From Lingula anatina (Eukaryota > Animalia > Brachiopoda), in assembly GCA_051362555.1 (NCBI GenBank), contig CM120644.1:628954-692953 (forward strand): DNA of 64,000 nt, written 5' to 3'. Positions 59,958 to 64,000 of this stretch are shown piece after piece. The notes under the pieces were generated by a model. It saw only the letters and a list, made by a program, of their open reading frames with translations, searched no databases and had not been told where the DNA came from. Position numbers and translations under genes: made by a program. Every line of letters begins with the position of its first letter. The first letter of the stretch is position 1.

Positions 59958-61260
59958 CTAAGCTGTATGCCCTGCAAATCTGATATATTTGGTGTTCACC
60001 AGGCACATTTTTATAAAAGTTTGAACTTTGCTTATTGCATATTAAATACCATGGATAAAATTGACAGCCGCACACCAAGTAACCGACGTGCCCCTCACTT
60101 CTGTGTGCACTCCAAAGACAGTCCACAAAAAATAAAAATAATGAATAAATAAATAAATGAAAAGTAATTGTAAAAAAGGAGAACATAAGTTATAGAGATT
60201 GAGTCGTAATCTTACATCATGTTTGATTACCTGTCACGTAAACTTGGGGGCTTTGTTTAATTTAACTGATTATTGTATAATTTCGGATTTGACTTATTGT
60301 CAGTGGGGCTTACGTAAGATACTAGAACCGTTTTCCATGTCAAAATGAACAATGTCTGCCCGTTAAAATGAGTAAAAACATAAATTATAAATAGAGGAGG
60401 GAAGTATAAGGGACTTTCGCAGGAATGTCTGAAGGCCGGTCATTATTTAAGTCGCAGAACAGAGAAGAAAATGTCTGTGATCCTCACCCCCACATAAATG
60501 AATTACTACGCATGTATTGGAGTACGATAAAATAAAAATAAACAAAAACTATCTCCCAAAACATAGTTCCCCATTAAATAACATCTCCTAACCATGATAA
60601 ATATTACATTTACAGGTACAGTATTTTATCGAGACAGTCGTGGGTTTACGTTCCATATACACTTTTAAAAGTTGTATACCACTTCAAATTCATTTCACGT
60701 TATGTTTTGAGACTTGTGGCTTTACAGCTTGTGAAATGCACCTCCACATTGAACATTGGGTTTAGGTGCTATTTTATGTGCCTTTAATGTGCCCTTATAT
60801 TATAATTGCATGGTTGTATTAAAAAAAGGGGAATCCCCCTGACCTGTATTTCACCCCCAGTTGGCAATATGTAAACATTGCGGGATGCCAAGGAGAAAAA
60901 TTATTATTTTAAAGTCGGTCATCATAAATGTAGCCTACTGAAAATTTCTCAAACACATTATATATAAATATTTTATGTATGAAAGGTACACATATACCAA
61001 ATGTCATAGCAAGACCAAGCAATGCGCGCGGATTTGAAAAGAGTTTTCTCAACTAGTAATAGGTCTAGTATGCCGCAGAGGCCGGCGTAATGTATTATTA
61101 TATATTTAACTATTTGTTGCTGTTTTTTTCGGGAATTCGCACAATTCTTCCATGTTTGTATGTGAAACATTTCCAAATATATCACTCACCTGGCCGATTT
61201 ACTACGAATCCCAACGTAATTGAAATGACCGAACATTCTCCCAGTGGGAATGACGTCACA
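59958..61260 (-). pseudogene. Diverged compact duplicate of the 42735-52420 locus lacking the CARD-like coding segment
   Basis: Colinear blocks: 59958-60125 with 42735-42912, 60130-60410 with 43287-43650, 60435-60490 with 47965-48058, and 60492-61215 with 51579-52350. Confidence 0.7.
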
Positions 61261-61399
61261 TGGGTGTTGTGTTAAAGCTAGGGATATGAAAATAGCATCC
61301 ATGCTGAATAAAACCTAGATAAACTGATGATGCAGTTCTCATATCCCCCTAATCAACAGTAAGTTTAATCAAGGAGTTATAACAGAAGGAGATTACACG

Positions 61400-61648
61400 C
61401 GTGGGGGCGGAGCCCGTATTACGGTCTCTCATTGGTCGGAATGAATAGAACCCAGATAACAATGGATGCCTATCTCTGTTACGCTTAATTGTTGCTCTCG
61501 TTTAAATCTCGTTTGTTAGTATCTGTGCCTTCGTCTGTTGATTTTTGAAGACAGAAACAGAAACGGAGTCCCAAGTTTCTAAAAAATGAGAAAAATACAG
61601 AATTTATATGATATTACGTTGGACAAGGTTTTCAAAAAACAGGTAAGT
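61400..61648 (+). promoter_or_regulatory. Probable promoter and first exon of a + strand transcript (possible ATG 61586, donor after 61642)
   Basis: GC box GGGGCGGAGC near 61404, reverse CCAAT near 61431, consensus donor CAG|GTAAGT at 61640-61648, YY1-like GCCGCCATCTT near 61935, and a candidate acceptor at 63532. The product was not identified. Confidence 0.4.
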
Positions 61649-62614
61649 GCTTTTAAATGCATAACTACACGAAATATGAAGATAAATTGCAACTTTTATG
61701 TCGTAGGGTCTCACTGTGTAAGTGTCCAGCTACACGTTGATCTCGCGAGGTGGTGTGTGGAGAATAAATATTGCACGAAAAATATTTCCCACTCATAACA
61801 AGTGCCTATAAATATAGTATCAGATGAAGAAAGTTTGGTCTTTATACAGTTGCAATTGTTAAGTAATTTGTGGCAATACCAAAGAATAAAACTTAGGTGC
61901 ACTTTTAGTAGCTGAATAACAAGCAGATGCTTAAGCCGCCATCTTGTTAATATTTCGAAAAAAAATTACTCCAAAAGACATTTTCCTCCTACTTTTTGAA
62001 ACTTGTGTCACATGACAGTCATAAAATTTAACTAATTGTTATGTGTGCAACACACTCGCTTGAGCAGTATCGTTTTTTTTTTGCGATTTTACATGTGGTC
62101 TAGCTTGGATACGACAATTGACAATTTTCATGAGTTCCGATCAGAAAGTGTTACGCTTGTTACGGCCAAAAGCCTTACCGCTTTTTGTACTTTTCAAATG
62201 CAAGATTATAAAAAAAATTGGTGTGTTTAGATTCTTGAACATCTTGATCGTGGCGTGGTATATATTGCATGGATACTGCTCCAATATTTCTTGGAAAAAA
62301 TAACCTGATTTGTTCAGAATACCAATTTTTTACTCTAGTGTTATGGGTAAATGTACCATTTTGGCCTTTACCTTTTTCATGTTTAAATCTAAAAAGACTT
62401 ATCATGACAGTTGGTCATCATTTTTCTTCTCACCATGGTGGGTGGCTTTGGAGTGGTAACTTTGTTGTTAAAGTAAAGTGCTCAGTTTTTTTTGACTGGA
62501 AAATTTTGCCTCCACCCAGCATTTTCCATCATGGCGGTCTAACAGGAAGTTTGACTTCATGGCATAGTTATTTTAAACTTATTTAGTCTTCTTTTTACAT
62601 ATATATGTTTTAAT

Positions 62615-63390
62615 TCATATTAAACCTTTGAAAAAAGAACACACATGAAACCTGGTGCTTTTAATTTAAAGTCTTAAGTTCACCTAGGCTCCACCAATTA
62701 CTTTACCTGTTATCTCACTACACATCTCCCTTTGAGTCAAGGTGTGTAAGACACACCTTATTGTGTAAGACACCTCTATAATTAAGGGGTACTTGCTTCT
62801 CTACTTTAATTATACTTCACTACTTTGGCATGTTAGGTGGCAAGCTTGGATGTTTCAGTTCATTTTAAGAAAGCTTTGCCTTGGTGGTTACAAAAGAATA
62901 GAACTCTATTAAGGTTTATTCATTACTTGAAAGTAAATATTTCATCTTGCAGTGTTGAAACAGAAATTCTCTCAAAATTGATAATGAATTTTACATGCAT
63001 ATCTTAACACTACTCAAGTTTTTTTTTTCTTCTATTATAGATATGGGAGAAAGCTGCATTGAATATATGAATTATGGTCAGGCTGGAAAAAATTTTAAAA
63101 TGTCAATGAAAAAAGGAGGTCAGCGTGTCTGGGGTAAGTTACTTTTGTCCTAATGCCTAAGATGCATTAAACATTCACTAACAACAGTACACTTTTTAAT
63201 TTTTTTCAAAACAACAACCTTGGGCATTTTCCTTTTAGCAACCAGCCTCTCTGAAATCCCCTTTTTGTCCTGTCAGAAGAGTAGGAACCAGGGCGGATTT
63301 AAATAATTTCTTGTAATAAGTACAATTTCTTTCAATTTCTTGGGGTTTTTAGCTTGTGATCATGAATCTTGATATTCTACATAAATTTAT
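62615..63390 (-). repeat. Inverted copy of 53620-54380
   Basis: Reverse-complement match; ends with a single monomer of the 37-bp repeat at 63357-63389. Confidence 0.9.
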
Positions 63391-64000
63391 TTGTAAATTG
63401 TTCATTTATGTGGTGAACATTTCAGTCAAGTCATAACAAGACACATTGAACTTCACTGCGTAATTCCATAATGTCTACATGGATACTAGTAGTTCATAAT
63501 GCTATTATTATGTTTTTTTTTCTAACCTACAGGTTTCTCTCTTTTCTGAGTGGCATGGCATTGGCAGGCAGAAGAAAAGGCCCTGAAGAAATTCTCACTT
63601 GGTTTGTCCTTTTTGGAGAAGAAACTGGATAAGACTGGCCAACAGAGATTGCATTAAATTAATAGTGCTCCTTCATGACATTTTAAAATATTTTCAGTCA
63701 CCTAACTGACTCTATACATTTCAAAAGTTGACATAAATTTTATGTTACTGTCACGTGGAAAAAATCAAAACCTATATATAATTTGTTGAGTGCCATGGTA
63801 TAACAGTCTGCTTGATTGCCAGTAAAATTTGGACTGTTTCAGTGAAATTTCTTTAAAGCAGTCACTTACTGGCCCAGTTAATTTTTTCAGCTGTAACATG
63901 TACTCCAGTTCATTTTATAAATGTTCCTACTAAGTGTTGTCTTGACTTATAATAACCTTTTGAAAATCTCATGTTTTTTATCCTATTTGTAAGAATTAGT

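Noticed and set aside
63533-63660. Second coding exon of the 61586 ORF
   Set aside because: It has a good acceptor, but the in-phase frame stops after 17 codons and no protein family is recognisable.

Overview
AT-rich eukaryotic (metazoan, probably invertebrate) genomic DNA. The left 40 kb is CpG-poor gene body. It holds the last three coding exons of an unidentified Ig-like-domain gene (+, ends 16112), a complete 26-exon VPS50/syndetin gene (-, 36280 to 18424, 945 aa by my exon assembly), and a 3-exon sepiapterin reductase SPR (+, 37044-39046) head-to-head with VPS50. The right 24 kb is CpG-richer and repeat-laden: two Tc1 elements, MITEs, foldback palindromes, a segmental duplication and a small CARD-like ORF. 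The most striking signal is inside VPS50. At least nine splice junctions (donors of exons 2, 3, 8, 9, 17, 23; acceptors of exons 6, 10, 23) have each been amplified into their own tandem array of 54-129 bp units running into the intron. Other intronic minisatellites are built on one motif, TGTGTTAGGTG(A/T)GA, which reads as a 5' splice site on one strand and a CUAAC branch point on the other. Several of these arrays start at the expected branch-point position. All calls were made by eye; no searches were run.
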